Shown: positions 13,301 to 25,499 of the stretch, piece by piece
How positions within the stretch are numbered: position 1 is the first letter of the stretch
Layout: every line of letters begins with the position of its first letter
Assembly (NCBI GenBank): GCA_051294905.1
Contig: CM119372.1
Span: 11,782,001-11,846,000 of the forward strand
Source of the DNA: Botryllus schlosseri
Taxonomy: Eukaryota
Direction of reading: 5' to 3'
DNA length: 64,000 nucleotides
Made by a program: the position numbers and the translations under genes
Notes under the pieces: model-generated
Seen by the model: the letters and a program-made list of their open reading frames with translations, nothing else
Database searches by the model: none
What the model was told of the DNA's origin: nothing

Positions 13301-14085
13301 GATTTCAATCACTCTACTCTAAAATGGTAACGCATTTGTTTGTACAAAAATCCCCATATTAAGCTGGTAGACTGGGTCAACAAGCGGGGTCGATTAACCG
13401 ATCAGACCAAGGGTGCCAAACTCAATTTGATCGCAGGCCGGATTCAATCATGTTGATCGCTTGCGGGCCGGACCACTTAACATACCAAAATGTTACCACT
13501 ACATCCATACCTCCGTTTTTCAGTGTAATTTTTCAATATCAGGCCTATGCATGAAATATTACACTATTGCGAATGATAGGGGCCCTATTATGGCAACATT
13601 TTTATAACAAACAGCGGAATTGGCAAATATAATATGACTGGCCAAGTAACTACGCAGTGATAAACAACTCAAATAGTTGACCCATAGCCCGCGGGTCACG
13701 ACAACACCAGTTAGAGCAGTGAACGGTGCCTATATAAACAGCATACTTCTTTCAGGGCATCACAAGATTGACTTCAGATCCGAAGGCGCAACTATTATGG
13801 GATATCAGGCGACGGCAGAGGCAGACAATTCCGGCAGTGACATTCGAAAAGCTCATCCTGTCGCACGCCTTCACGACAATTCGTCAATCGAACGCAACGT
13901 GGTGGGCATGGGTGAATTCACTGGATCGAAAAACAATTGAAAGTGTTCAGAAAGACTGCGCTGAAGTCATGGACCTTCTTGGCTATAAGATCATAAACTC
14001 TACGGAAGAAATATCTAGATTTAGTATTTTAAATGAATTGGCGAACATTGCGACTGGACGACATCGAACTTCTGTCGTAGCCTAG
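7382..14085 (+). CDS. Carbohydrate 6-O-sulfotransferase (CHST1/CHST3-like Gal/GlcNAc 6-O-ST family), type II Golgi membrane protein, about 403 aa; exons 7382-7559, 9796-10036, 10838-11191, 12751-12859, 13756-14085
   Basis: N-terminal basic plus hydrophobic anchor (MKRRFFVCLIIANAISFACFII); 5'-PSB motif FRSGSSFFGELFNQ...YEP; 3'-PB motif KVIHLVRDPRGIMSSR; RYEDLALDP; C-terminal VQKDCAEVMDLLGY. All introns are GT-AG with consistent phases (1,2,2,0); total 1212 nt. Confidence 0.9.
7765..9734. mobile_element. hAT-type MITE with GAGTC/TCAAG subterminal arrays (outer copy) in sulfotransferase intron 1
   Basis: TIR CAGTGTTGGGAT / ATCCCAACACTG; perfect 8-bp TSD CTTCAATA. Confidence 0.9.
8242..9204. mobile_element. 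Second copy of the same MITE family nested inside the first
   Basis: Same TIRs and near-identical terminal ~200 bp; flanked by a CACTA duplication. Confidence 0.9.
11350..12442. mobile_element. hAT-type MITE in sulfotransferase intron 3
   Basis: CAGGC...GCCTG termini, ATGCCAAAA subterminal motifs, perfect 8-bp TSD GCTATGCC. Confidence 0.75.
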
Positions 14086-15162
14086 ATGCCATAATGTCTA
14101 ACATTTTAACAATTAGATAGACGGTTTGTTGTGTAGAAACTATTTCGGTGAGTCATATTCATATATAACTGTGTGGGTCCTTATTATTGTTGCATGTTTG
14201 CAAGTTGCAACTACATCGTTTTATGATATCACACATTATTGATTTCACCTACAAACCGTTGTGAGTTAGTAAATGCAGCAACAATGCCCTTTCCGGATTA
14301 CACGCGTTAATAACATTTTATTCCAGCGTCTATGTAGTGTATGCTCATTGCTCATCAACTATATATCTAAAGATCGTTTTTTGAAAATATTTAATATTTC
14401 TAATATGTCACGTGACTTGCATTTATTTTCAGTAAATTAAATGCTTCTGCATTTCCATATTTACAGTAGACAGATATGGAAGCTGGCTAGCGGGGAATGC
14501 ACAGTGGTGCGATTTCGCAATATCTCAGTGCAGTCTGTCCCACCAAGTGTTTGGTTGTATGGAAATGCCATGTACACTTGTACAGTTGCCTAGGATGTCA
14601 GCGAGTGTGTGTGTAGTTAAGGACCGAGTTGTGCGAACTGGGACTTTTGTATTGCAAATGACAAAGTATACCAAGTTGTTCACTATTCAGGACGTGTCGT
14701 TATCAACCAGGATCTTGCGAGTTTCCTCCAGGTAACTTACGTGGAGCATCTTGTTATTACGTGCACCCGCTATGGACTGTCGTTATACTCCTACTAAAAA
14801 TCGCAACACTCCTACCTGCCACACCAAACTCAACGAAAGACTGGGGAGATGGCGTAATGGTGGGAGTCGGCGCCACTCACGCGGGCGGTCCTGGTTCGAG
14901 TACTGTTGTCGGAGGTTATTCTGGGCTCCTCGTACCAGTCGTCCCTCGTGTCGCTGTTCTTACGACGATGACGACAACAAAAAGCATCGATGAAGATTGA
15001 AGAATGATGATAGCAAGACTGCAAGGACTGACGAATGAAGATAAACATCAAAAAGACTATCAGATCAGCAGACCGCAACTGCTGGTCGTTTTGGCAACCT
15101 TCTTACTATTCATTTCATCGCATTGTGTCTGGAGTGGCAGAAGATTATTGATTGGTTATAAT

Positions 15163-15993
15163 TAGGGCAATTTTTTTGAAATGTCAAAAATAGTCAAAAT
15201 TGTAGCGTTGGGTCAAAAAATGTCAAAATTGTAAACAAAGTCAAATTTTTTACAACGTGCATTTCGTTTGTATCGTAGACTTTGCACTGTCGGGGAACTT
15301 TATCACTTGACATTTTACAGCTTGTAGCCTACTTCATAGGCCTACCGTTGTAGACGGCCCATTGTCTGCTCATTGTGAATCATAAACATCCAAATAAAAC
15401 AAATAGGCTGACATGGTGTTATGCTCATCGTACCGCAAATTCCTAACTGAAGCAAGACTGCGTGGGCATTGCATGGTTCTTATATCAAGAAGCGCATTAT
15501 GAAAAATTGTGATGTAGACACCATTGTCAGAACGGAGCAACATGGTGTGTCACCAGCAGTGTACGCACGCACGTCGCACAACTTCAATGTTGTTAGCCAA
15601 CAACTGCCTCTGTTGAACGTTCTTTCTCCATTCTTGGCAAGCTACTTAGTAAGGACAAACACTTTCTACCCGAGAATGTAGCAAAGTATCTTTCGTTACA
15701 CTGCAACAGATTTTAATTACTTCTACCATAATACGTGATGTAACTACTGGAATTCTTCATAAAAATTCTTCATAAAAATTGTCAGTTTTTGAGTCAAAAA
15801 GGTTTTATTCAGACCGAACTACTTGGCAAGGACAGACAGTTCGAACCAGATATGAAGATAAGTAGTACAATACTAACATTATGTAGGAATACACCTAATT
15901 TGCGTACATTAGGTCTGAATTTGGTCAAAATTCATTTTTTCAAGGTCAAAAAATATCATAATGTAGATTGTGTATGTAAAACAAATTGCCCTG
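15163..15993. mobile_element. hAT-type MITE
   Basis: TAGGGCAATTT / AAATTGCCCTG termini, GTCAAAA subterminal repeats, perfect 8-bp TSD GTTATAAT. Confidence 0.85.
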
Positions 15994-16298
15994 GTTATAA
16001 TATTGATTGACTGCTTTGGTGAGACACGCGCTTTCATGACATCGTGGGCATTTCTTCGTGTGCCCGCTTGTGTTCCATTCCCGGTTGCATTGTGATCGAG
16101 TTTGGCATTGTGACGCAACAATTCTGTCAGGCAAAACGAGAACGAAGCTAAGAAGAAAGAGCCAGACAGTATTGTTGTCACAATGTCAAACTCGATCACA
16201 ATGCAAAACGAGAGCGAAGCTAAGAACCTATCTGACCCATCGATCTCGCCTTCCATGACATGCCACCCCATTTTTTGTCGTCTTGCTTCATTCTACAG

Positions 16299-18636
16299 CA
16301 GGGCTCTTCAACGGGGTGTATCGTACACCGCAGGATGTACCATAATTTTTAAAGGGTGTACCATTCGGAGGGGGTGTACACTGTACAGGAGTGTACCGGA
16401 TCTGCATGACAATAGACCGATATGTGATGACTATATATCACAATAAATAGGCAAGTTTATGCTTCGGAACGGGTTAACCGGATGTACAATATGATAAAAT
16501 GTTCATACCAACCGTATGCAGCTTGTAAATTACAATACTTTTATGACATCATAATCAAATGTTTCTCCTCATTTCGCCTATGGCAGGGGTGTCAAACATA
16601 CCGCCCGCTGGCCGCATCGGGCCCGCCAAACGATTTTATCCAGCCCGCGAAGCAATTCTGAACAGATTGAAAAATTATTGTATTTTACAGCACATTTGTA
16701 AGAAATGTTGAGATTTTTGCAGGAAATACTTCCATGCTAATATGTCCCATTATAACCACCTGGGTACGGCGCTGTGGTTTCACTCTAGTTACCACTAGTA
16801 ACAATAAGTCTGTGAAATTGAAATCCAAATTCAAGAAGGCTAAAAGTGCACATCAAGTTCAGAGATTTATACAAATATAGACCAAAAAGTAGTTATTCGC
16901 CGAAGCGAAAACGCCAAGGCGAAACCGTTATATGCAGTTTACATGGAAAATATATTAGGTGCACAAATATATATTTGAAATATCTGTGGTCGCAGTGCTG
17001 TGTCACTTTTTTCGACCCAATATCCCCAGACATGAGAGAAACCTGACTCGCGGTGTAATAATGATAAACCAACGCATATGCAGTATGCAGGGATAACGCC
17101 AGATTACGACTAAATCAAAGGGAGCATGCCAATTTATATTGTTGTTACCGCCACTGTTTTAGCGGTTCTGAACTGTATTCAACTGCACATGCACATTGCA
17201 CAATCAACGTATTTTTGCCAATTTGATTGTTCGCGAATAATGGTGTGGCCACTTGCAACTTTAAAGCCCCTATGATCCACGTATGATCTATTAATTAGAT
17301 ATGCTTGTGAAGTAAGAAAGTTAAAAGCAAAAGTACGAGGTAAGATTTTAGAATCAGTTGACTAGTCCGGCCCGCGAGCCAGTTGAAGGATTGAATCCGG
17401 CCCGCGACGCAATTTGGGTTTGACACCCCTGGCCTATGGTAATGGACTTATGGGTTTGTTTTGGAATATAACAAGGTGGAGTTAGCACGTGTTCACTGTT
17501 CAGCTATGATTATCTGTCTATAATGATTCTCGAAGAAACCGCCACATTTTGAATAGGTGCCTCCTGCGACAAGCATAAAAATGGCGCAGTATATACACAA
17601 TTGCAGGAGTGTAGCCAGGGGGTCGAGGTTGAGAACTACTGTGTTAGGTGGTGGTCCGGCAACCTCGAGCCGTGATTATTATTTAGCATTTCCTATACGT
17701 TGCAGCCTTGCTCATCCTGATTTCGATTAGGCCAGGGGTGGCCAACCGGCCGTCGTACGGCCGCATGCAGCCGTAAAACCATAATTATGCGGTCGTTTGC
17801 ATGATACTCAAATTAGCGCGTGTTGGCGTGCGGCAATATTCAATTTGAATTTATGAATCAGTTCCCAAATCTTTGAAAGATTTTATTTCAACATACAAGT
17901 TTTCTTCACACTTAGCGCGATTCAGGGTGACTTGAATTTTTCGTTTTCACTTTAATATTGTTCTTCCAATCTGAGCCCCACCGTACAAATGCGAGCCGCA
18001 AAAGAAAATGATGTACCCCGCATAAAAATTCGAAGTTGAAATCGTGTACGTCTCACGAATGAAGGTTTTTCTCTGGTACGTTTGAATGATTCCAATATAT
18101 TTCGACTATACCGACAATCCTGACGGGAGGTCAAGAAATAAAAACATGCAACAAAGTGATTAATAAAAACAGGGAGATGCATTTTTTGTGCCCAAAATTT
18201 TCGAAGACACCCCTCCATCAGCTCTACTGGATAATCTGATCTCGTGGGCTAATAATGAATAAAATTTCGACAGTGATATGTAAAACTACCAACATTATCG
18301 ACGAAATTCATTCGAGAGGTTGCAAAAATTTTCGGGCTCCGCGCGACTAGTTACCTAATCCTAATAACTCATGCGGGGATGTATCTCAATAAATCAGTGA
18401 CGGCACAAAACACCACAAGCGCTCTTCCCGATGCAAAGTTCCCAGTTATCAATTCCACATCAGTGTTTGTCGTATAGATGGGCTAATACGACTCTCCGCT
18501 ATGATGTGGCCTTAAGCTATATATGTATTCGAAGTGCGGCTTATTACGGAATCGGTATATTATGTGGTCAGGGGTGTACAAGTTTTGAGTAAACGTTAAA
18601 AGGGTGTACAACGACGAAAAAGGTTGAGGAGCACCG
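16299..18636. mobile_element. hAT-type MITE (GGGTGTAC subterminal repeats) containing nested elements, inserted into a LINE 3' UTR
   Basis: CAGGGCTCTTCAAC ... GTTGAGGAGCACCG; TSD TTCTACAG / TTCTATAC. The rejoined flanks match the uninterrupted sequence at 24064-24166. Confidence 0.8.
16584..17431. mobile_element. hAT (Charlie/Buster-like) MITE nested in 16299-18636
   Basis: CAGGGGTGTCAAAC / GTTTGACACCCCTG, GGCCCGC repeats, perfect TSD GCCTATGG. Confidence 0.9.
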
Positions 18637-18704
18637 TTCTATACTATCTTCTTTTACCTTTCATCCAGTGTGCTTTGCATGCCTCCTCTTCACATCGCCT
18701 AGGT

Positions 18705-19543
18705 CAAGGGTGGGCAACGTACGGCCCGCGGGCCGGATCCGGCCCGTGACGGGATTTTAAGCGCTCCGCGGAGAGTTTCCGATAATGCGGCCCACAGCCG
18801 AAAAAGAGGCCGTGAAATCTCTTGTTCAGTTCTGGTCTACATACATTTGCGAGCAAACATTTTCGACAATGAAAATCAAAAGACAAAGCTGTGTTTTAAT
18901 CTAACTGATGCTCACATGCAGTCTTTGCCGAGGGTTTTTACGTCCGTCATGCAACCAGAGCTCAAGGAACTTTGATCTACCAATGATCTCATTGACTTCA
19001 ACAGCTATTGAAGTATATTAATGAAATAAATTCAATAAATAATGTTTTTAGCTTCTATATGCTGTCAACTAAAAATGCACATTATGTACGGTTTTATAGG
19101 TGTATAAAATATTGTATAGCAGTGGCTCTCAAACTGGGGGCGTGAAATCATCTGAGGGGGGCGCGAAGGTGCGGTCAACTGAAAAAATTTTCACGCTTCG
19201 CGCGATTTATCCCCGATTCATAGTTGTTGTTCTGTGTATAGTCCAGATTTCATATTCCATATTCCCTCATCAACAGCCATAACCTTCAACGCCATCAAAC
19301 TATCCACTGAGATTACTAGCATTGTGGTTGCATTTTGTGATATGACGATAACGGGAGCGCGAAATTTTTCACTACCATACAGGGGGGGCGTGTCCAAGAA
19401 AGTTTGAGGACCACTGTTGTATAGGTATAGGTGAAACTTGCATAGATGGATACAGGATTATTGTATCGATTTAGGAATCCGGCCCGCCAAGTACTTAATT
19501 TTCCTATATCCGGCCCACCGACTAGAGAAGTTGCCCGCCCCTG
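18705..19543. mobile_element. hAT (Charlie/Buster-like) MITE
   Basis: CAAGGGTGGGCAAC / GTTGCCCGCCCCTG; TSD GCCTAGGT / GCCTAGGC. Confidence 0.85.
19120..19416. mobile_element. hAT MITE nested in 18705-19543
   Basis: CAGTGGCTCTCAAACT / AGTTTGAGGACCACTG; perfect TSD TTGTATAG. Confidence 0.9.
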
Positions 19544-19937
19544 GCCTAGGCCAAGGTGGGTGTCTGATTCCTAAGACTACTCCAATTCGTTTCGAAACCT
19601 TCCTATCTTTTCATTGTATCGCATTTTTGTGCTGTATTGAGCTGATGAAAATTGCTAATAAACCGAAAAAGAGCCAGATATCATATAGTTACGTCACAAT
19701 GCCAAACTCGATTACGATGCAAAATTTGAGACTGATTTTGGGGGGTTCTAGGACCATGAGCAGAATAAAATTGATATTTTCGTAATCAGTACAGCAGCAG
19801 CTTTCCATTGATGCCCCATTTATCGACTTTAACGCTTGGCAAGCCGGTTAAAAATGGCCGTATAGTTGCCTTTGGTCACATGGAAAGAATGACGTAATCC
19901 AAATGCAGTGAGCCGTTCAATCTAGCTGTGTCCACAG

Positions 19938-21988
19938 CAGGGCTGTGGAGTTGGTAAATTTTACCACCGACTCCGGCTCCGACTCCGACTCCACACATTT
20001 TCAATATACCGACTCCGACTCCTGAGTCTTTAAACGTACCGACTCCGACTCCGACTCCTGAGTCTTTAAACGTACCGACTCCGACTCCGACTCCTGAGTC
20101 TATAAACGTACCCACTCCGACTCCGACTCCCGACTTCGACTCCAGCATTATTACCAATTTACTTCGAAAATTATATGCCACATTGTCGGTTGAATGACTA
20201 GCCTATCATACAACCATTAAACATATGATTGACGGTGGCATGCAAAATTGTTTCACTGTGGCACAGGTCGAATTATCCACTATGCAATTAACATGAAAGA
20301 AAGATTTGCTAAATATCCTTCCTTTTTCAAATTTTTATAACATGGACTCTCTAATATCCTGAAATATATGAATCATTCAAATATGGTAGATATCCATTCC
20401 TGTATAATAAAAATGTAGATTAAAATCCAAGTGTAGCTCTTGTGTATGAGTCAGCAACTAATATATAGAGATTGAACTTACTAATTTTGTCATTGCACAC
20501 TATCCTGATTAGAAGCACACACACTCTTACTTCTAATAGAGATTGGTCATAAATGGAATTTAGTTAGGTAGTCAAAGGCCATAGCATATGTCTAGTCTAC
20601 ATGTACTTAATCAAGTATTCAAGGATTGGGACTTGCAGTCTTTCTTAATCATCTGCGCGACCCAAACAGCTGAGCTACACTACAAATATTTTTAATTTTG
20701 TCAAGTGGGAAGCATCGTTTGGTCATATTTACATTATTTTTACAATTTTACAAAACCAGTCGATGCATCTGCTCTGTCACAGTATCATGGTATAATTCCC
20801 AAAATTGCATCAATTTTGACTGCATCGCGAAAACGCATATTGCGATTTTCTTCCCCTGTGCAACTGAGTTGTAATTTGCAAGTAATGTCTAATTTTATCT
20901 ATATCAGGGGTGGGCAACTTTTTCGGTCAAAGGGACACATGAGATTTACGAACCATTGCGCGGGCAACTGGAATGTTGATAACCTTATTTTAGTTGTCCG
21001 ATAGGAGCTAACCGAATTAGGTAACATTGCAAACAAGACTTATATTAATACGCTCTAAAATTGATAACAATATGTCATGCAACTGTGCAGCGCACAATCA
21101 GGCCGTGGTCGCGCAGAGCGCGAAATTTTTTGCAAGATAATGACTGAATTATATCAATAAATATGTTGCTAACATACATTGGGGGTCACATCTGTATACC
21201 ACTGGGCTCATTTGGCAAGGACAGGATTATTCGACGTTTAGACATAGCAAAATCGACGGTATCAGTGAACATGCCTCTATCATTTTGTGCAAATGTTTTG
21301 TCGACGATCTCGCTGCGAGTGCACAAGCGAAGCCACATGTTGGACGACACGTTATCTCTTAATTGCGAATATAGTTGGACTCAATTCTGTGAATAATATG
21401 TATTTATAATTTTCAGAAGGGAGCTCAAATACTGAATGCAAGAAATCTAGTGACAATGAATCATGCGAAGTACCGAGAAAAATTTCAAGTAGAATAATGC
21501 TGCTATGAAATATTCTACTTCATGGTCATATACGAAGATCTGGGATATATGTGGCTGGCCCCTGGATACGTCAATGCGTCAGAACTGTTGTTTTAGTCAT
21601 CATCAAATTTTGGTTGGCCTTGCAATTGTACATGATGTCATGAATAATTTCGAGAATTACCTCGCAGGCCACACCTAACCTTCTCGTGTGCCAAATTTGG
21701 CCTGCGTGCCACGGGCTGGCTGCACCTGATCTGTATGGTTATTAATAACAGTGATTGGTGATACATAAAAATTCTATTGAAAAATCTTTGAAAGCAAATG
21801 TTTTCATGATAGAGAAGTTGGAGTCGGAGTCGGAGTCGAAGTCAGGGTCATTCTCACAAACTCCGACTCCGACTCCAGTCAGTATTTTCCCCACGACTCC
21901 GACTCCGACTCCACCTATTATAGTTTTCACGACTCCGACTCCTACTCCATCAAGCGAAAATTACCCAGACTCCGACTCCACAGCCCTG
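19938..21988. mobile_element. MITE with (GACTCC)n subterminal arrays
   Basis: TIR CAGGGCTGTGGAGT / ACTCCACAGCCCTG; flanking duplication (G)TCCACAG; GACTCC tandem arrays at both ends. Confidence 0.88.
20905..21728. mobile_element. hAT MITE nested in 19938-21988; same family as 28431-29085
   Basis: CAGGGGTGGGCAAC start; TSD ATCTATAT / ATCTGTAT; internal sequence homologous to 28431-29085. Confidence 0.85.
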
Positions 21989-22087
21989 TCCACAGTCACG
22001 CCATATAGGACACTATGGTGATAGCTCACGTTCACGTACCACAGTTTCAGAGATACTGGGTCTACATAGTTCCAGAGCAAACACTAC

Positions 22088-22446
22088 ACAGGGTTGTTCG
22101 AAAAAACTTTGCTTTCAGATTTCACTGGCTACTGGATAAAATTGTTAGGTTGGTTAAAAAAAAACGCTGCTGATGCCAACAACAATTCCAACCAGTAGAA
22201 GCGAGATTTTTGCAGTAGAAAGTTTTGAATTTATCAATAAAAATAAAATAAAATATTTCAAAATTTCTCTGTCGTCCACATAAAATGGTTAGGCTGTAAC
22301 TAGAGATGACGCATATCAAATTTGTCTCAATTCCAACCACTTGAAGCGAAGTTATTGCAGTAGAGAAATTTCTAATTCCATGATTTTATTATAAATAATT
22401 AAAGATTTAGTCACCGTAAATACTATTTTATTCAAATCCAAATTTT
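22088..22446. mobile_element. Diverged arm of the fold-back MITE family seen at 49340 and 58926
   Basis: Shares CTGGCTAC...AAAATTGTTAGG and CCGTAAATACTATTTTATTCAAATCCAAATTTTT blocks. Confidence 0.6.
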
Positions 22447-22469
22447 TCTGTGTAACATACATGCATAAT

Positions 22470-23628
22470 TGAACAGCTTCTTGGAGGTACAGAACTTCAA
22501 TATACAATTGAATAGTATATTCATATTGAAATGAACGCGAATATTTTCGGCTGACACTCGTCAGGGGTAATCGTCAGCAACTAGTAGAGAATTCAAAAGA
22601 ACATCGTATATCAACAATCGTATCCCAAAATATGACGTCAGCAGCATGAAATGTCGAATACGAGAGCGTTCAATGTACTATTTTTAGATGATACACTAAC
22701 TCTTTTTGTTGACACAGCCTTGGCGGGTGTGTTTTGATAAATGTCGACTCCAAGGCACACAAATGAACATGTGAACGACCCTTTCCGAGTATGCGAAATC
22801 TGTCGTCTCGATAATTTTTCGCACAGGCGGGATTATCCAACAAGTGTTTACCAATTGCAGAATTTATGGCCTTTGATTGTTTCGCATCAATCTTGAGCGG
22901 ATGAGTTAAGGGTGAGCTTTTCACCGAGCGTGTTCTTATGAATCTCAGGGCGTGCCTGCAAGCGCTTTGACGTTCTTCTCACGTAGCCACAATCACAGTG
23001 ACGCTTAAATTCGTAAACTTGTTGAAGAAGGGAAGCACGTCTTTGCGTGTTGCAGAGAGCAGTTGCGTTGTGGTAAAAATCACGTTGGTCTTCAATGTGT
23101 CGTAACTCATATTGACCGCTGAAATTAATTGCTTTGCAAAGCGGGTGGAAATAGGGCCTATTCAAGGTAGATGGATGTAAACATCTTTGGTTGTTCGTTC
23201 GGTAGACTCTGTTGACTTTTCGGCGTTGAATTGCGTTACATTCCTCTCTATGCTGCGGTTGATGACATGTTCAGGGTAACCGTTATCAAGTAGGATTTTG
23301 CGGATGTTGTCAAGTTCTAAGTTCAGTTTACTACCCGAACATATCATCAACGCTCTATTCACGAGGCTGCCTATGAGGTTGATTTTTCTGCGTCTAGTAC
23401 TAAATAAATTCCAACGAAGGTATTGGCCAGTGAATGCCGGTTTCATGAAGATGGATGTTTCAAATTTATCGGTATCATGCTTTGCGACTAAAACGTCTAA
23501 AAATGACAATGAGTTATTTCGTTCTTTTTAAATTGTGAATCGCAGATCCGGGTGAAGCGAGTTTAAGTGAATGAGAAATTGATCACAGTCCAACTCATTC
23601 CTGAATATGACAAAAGTGCATGATGTAT
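22470..23628 (-). mobile_element. Decayed Penelope-like retroelement, copy 2 (RT C-terminus, GIY-YIG, 3' region), frameshifted
   Basis: Minus-strand ORFs SFLDVLV...KPAFTGQYLRW...LVNRALMICS...LDNGYP and SAIGKHLLDNP...LESTFIK...YHLKIVH; 3' region highly similar to 1790-1986. Confidence 0.92.
22535..22568 (-). ncRNA. Minimal hammerhead ribozyme in PLE copy 2 (stem I mismatch)
   Basis: Reverse complement reads ACCC-CTGACGA-G-tgtcagc-C-GAAA-atat-TC-GCGT: identical core with one G>C change in stem I. Confidence 0.7.
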
Positions 23629-23904
23629 AGGCCTAGGCATCCCGTTTTATATAGCTTCTATATGACATCCGCTAGATGACAGTATAATACCACGAGTTAT
23701 CTTGGCGTTGGTGGTCTTATCTGCCGGGTATTGCCGGGCTGCTCAATGACTCTCACTATTTAACCAATAATATATAATAATCAATAATAGCCAGATTATA
23801 CCTCATCTGATCAAGACACACACAATGTACTTGCGAAAAGAGGATAAGACACAATGCTTAACTCCACACACGCGTCCACGTCGTTCAAATATCATATGAT
23901 CGAC

Positions 23905-24199
23905 CGAAAAGATCATCGCCCTATCAAATATGCCGGACCTGATGTGTGGAACAGTATCCCGCCGGCCATCCGACAGTCGACGAGCATGTCCACATTCAAG
24001 TCGAAATACAAGCAATTACTACTAAATAAATACAGTCCATCCTCAAGATTACCGGACCACGACTGACCTATCGATCTCGCTTCCCATGACATGCCGCCCT
24101 ATTTCTTGTCGCTTTCTTTTTCTATACTATCTTCTTTACTTTCATTCAGTGTGCATGCCTCCTCTTATTGCTAATAAACCAGTGATGATGATGATGATG
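23905..24199 (+). mobile_element. 3' end of a CR1/L2-clade LINE (ORF2 C-terminus, 3' UTR, AATAAA, (TGA)n tail)
   Basis: IKYAGPDVWNSIPPAIRQSTSMSTFKSKYKQLLL resembles CR1/L2-clade ORF2 termini; AATAAA near 24173 followed by a TGA microsatellite. Confidence 0.75.
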
Positions 24200-25499
24200 T
24201 TATTAAAATTGCGTTATCCAGTAACCGGGATTTGTGACCGGAGTGTTTCTACTCTATTTTGATATTTCATGGTTATTTCATAGTGCGCCCTCTTTTCGTG
24301 GCGTACAAGTACAATTTTCAGTTCATCTTATTAACCGTGGTGCAAAGGCCTACAAGAGATAAGCACCATATCTTTTTAGGAAATAAACAACAGCAACAAC
24401 CAGGGAGAGCGACTCTTTGTTGGTAAGTTATGGAGTTCCTGCCTTGTCAATACCAAATGCGACATAATATGATGAAAGGAATAATAGAGGCAGGACGATA
24501 CCGAACCGAAATGACCGGGTACGATGTCTTACTCTGGCATCCACCTCTGCCTCGGGCATGATGCCAAATTGTTTGATCCTGATCTTTTTCGTGTCTGTCA
24601 AACAGATCTTCCTTGGTCTTTTTCGTTCGATTCATTGTTTCCGTCCGTCATTGAGTCGTGGGTCTTGTCGCCGTAAGAACTAGTGACTCAGGGGAAGAGG
24701 AGAGATCCACCCTCCGACGCTCGGCGGTAATTGAACCTGGGCCGTCAGCGTACTTAGCTGTGGATTTCTCGATTATAAATGACTCCAATGCACTCATAAA
24801 TACGCTCTGCACTCAAGATAGAGTATTAAATGTTCAAGTAGGTATTTTTACTTCGAAATATGTCGAGTAATTGTGAAAGTATATCGTGAAGTAGGTAGTG
24901 CGTAGTACAGTGCGTATAAACCCAAAGTTTTCAGTTGTGTAAACTCCCACAGCCTGGCACTCAGCAAGGTAAGTCGACCACGGTACAATGATGGTACGAA
25001 TGGTACGATATTACGGCAGGATTGTCCTGCCGTGGTATGTGTACTGTGCAGTACAACGTGGAAAGGGCGTTGCCTCAACAGCATAGCCGAAGTCAGGATG
25101 ATAATATGGGAGGAGCGGTCGAGTTTCACGTCATGGATCCAGTGTGACCCAGTAAAAACCTGACATATATTGCGCCAGTTTGCTATACGAATGATTGCAC
25201 ATGCAATCTTAACTCGAGTTATTAAAATACAGCAACGACTAATTTATATTTCGATCATCTCTATGCCTCAGGTTTCACTTCGGGGATCACAATTTAAAAC
25301 CTCATTTGAAATTCAATTACAGTCAGTTATCATAACGCATATTATTCTATTCATTCATAGCTGAACTGAACACCTTCAAACTACGTACAGTATCATTATG
25401 AAATTGGCGAGCTATCCGAATACCAGAGAGTAGCTTGCTAACGCATTGTCAGACCGAAAAAAATCCACTACAAGCGAGATAATTTTGCATCACCATCTT

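Noticed and set aside
19876..20181. GVGVGV and TPTPTP low-complexity ORFs (also 21742-22021)
   Set aside because: These are translations of the (GACTCC)n subterminal arrays of a MITE.
21163..21396. Similar ORFs at 21163 and 28499 as a duplicated gene
   Set aside because: Both lie inside copies of the same MITE family and have no transposase motifs that I recognise.
24640..24770. Possible minus-strand SINE with a GGTTCAATTACC B-box
   Set aside because: Only a B-box-like word is visible and there is no second copy in the window to support it.
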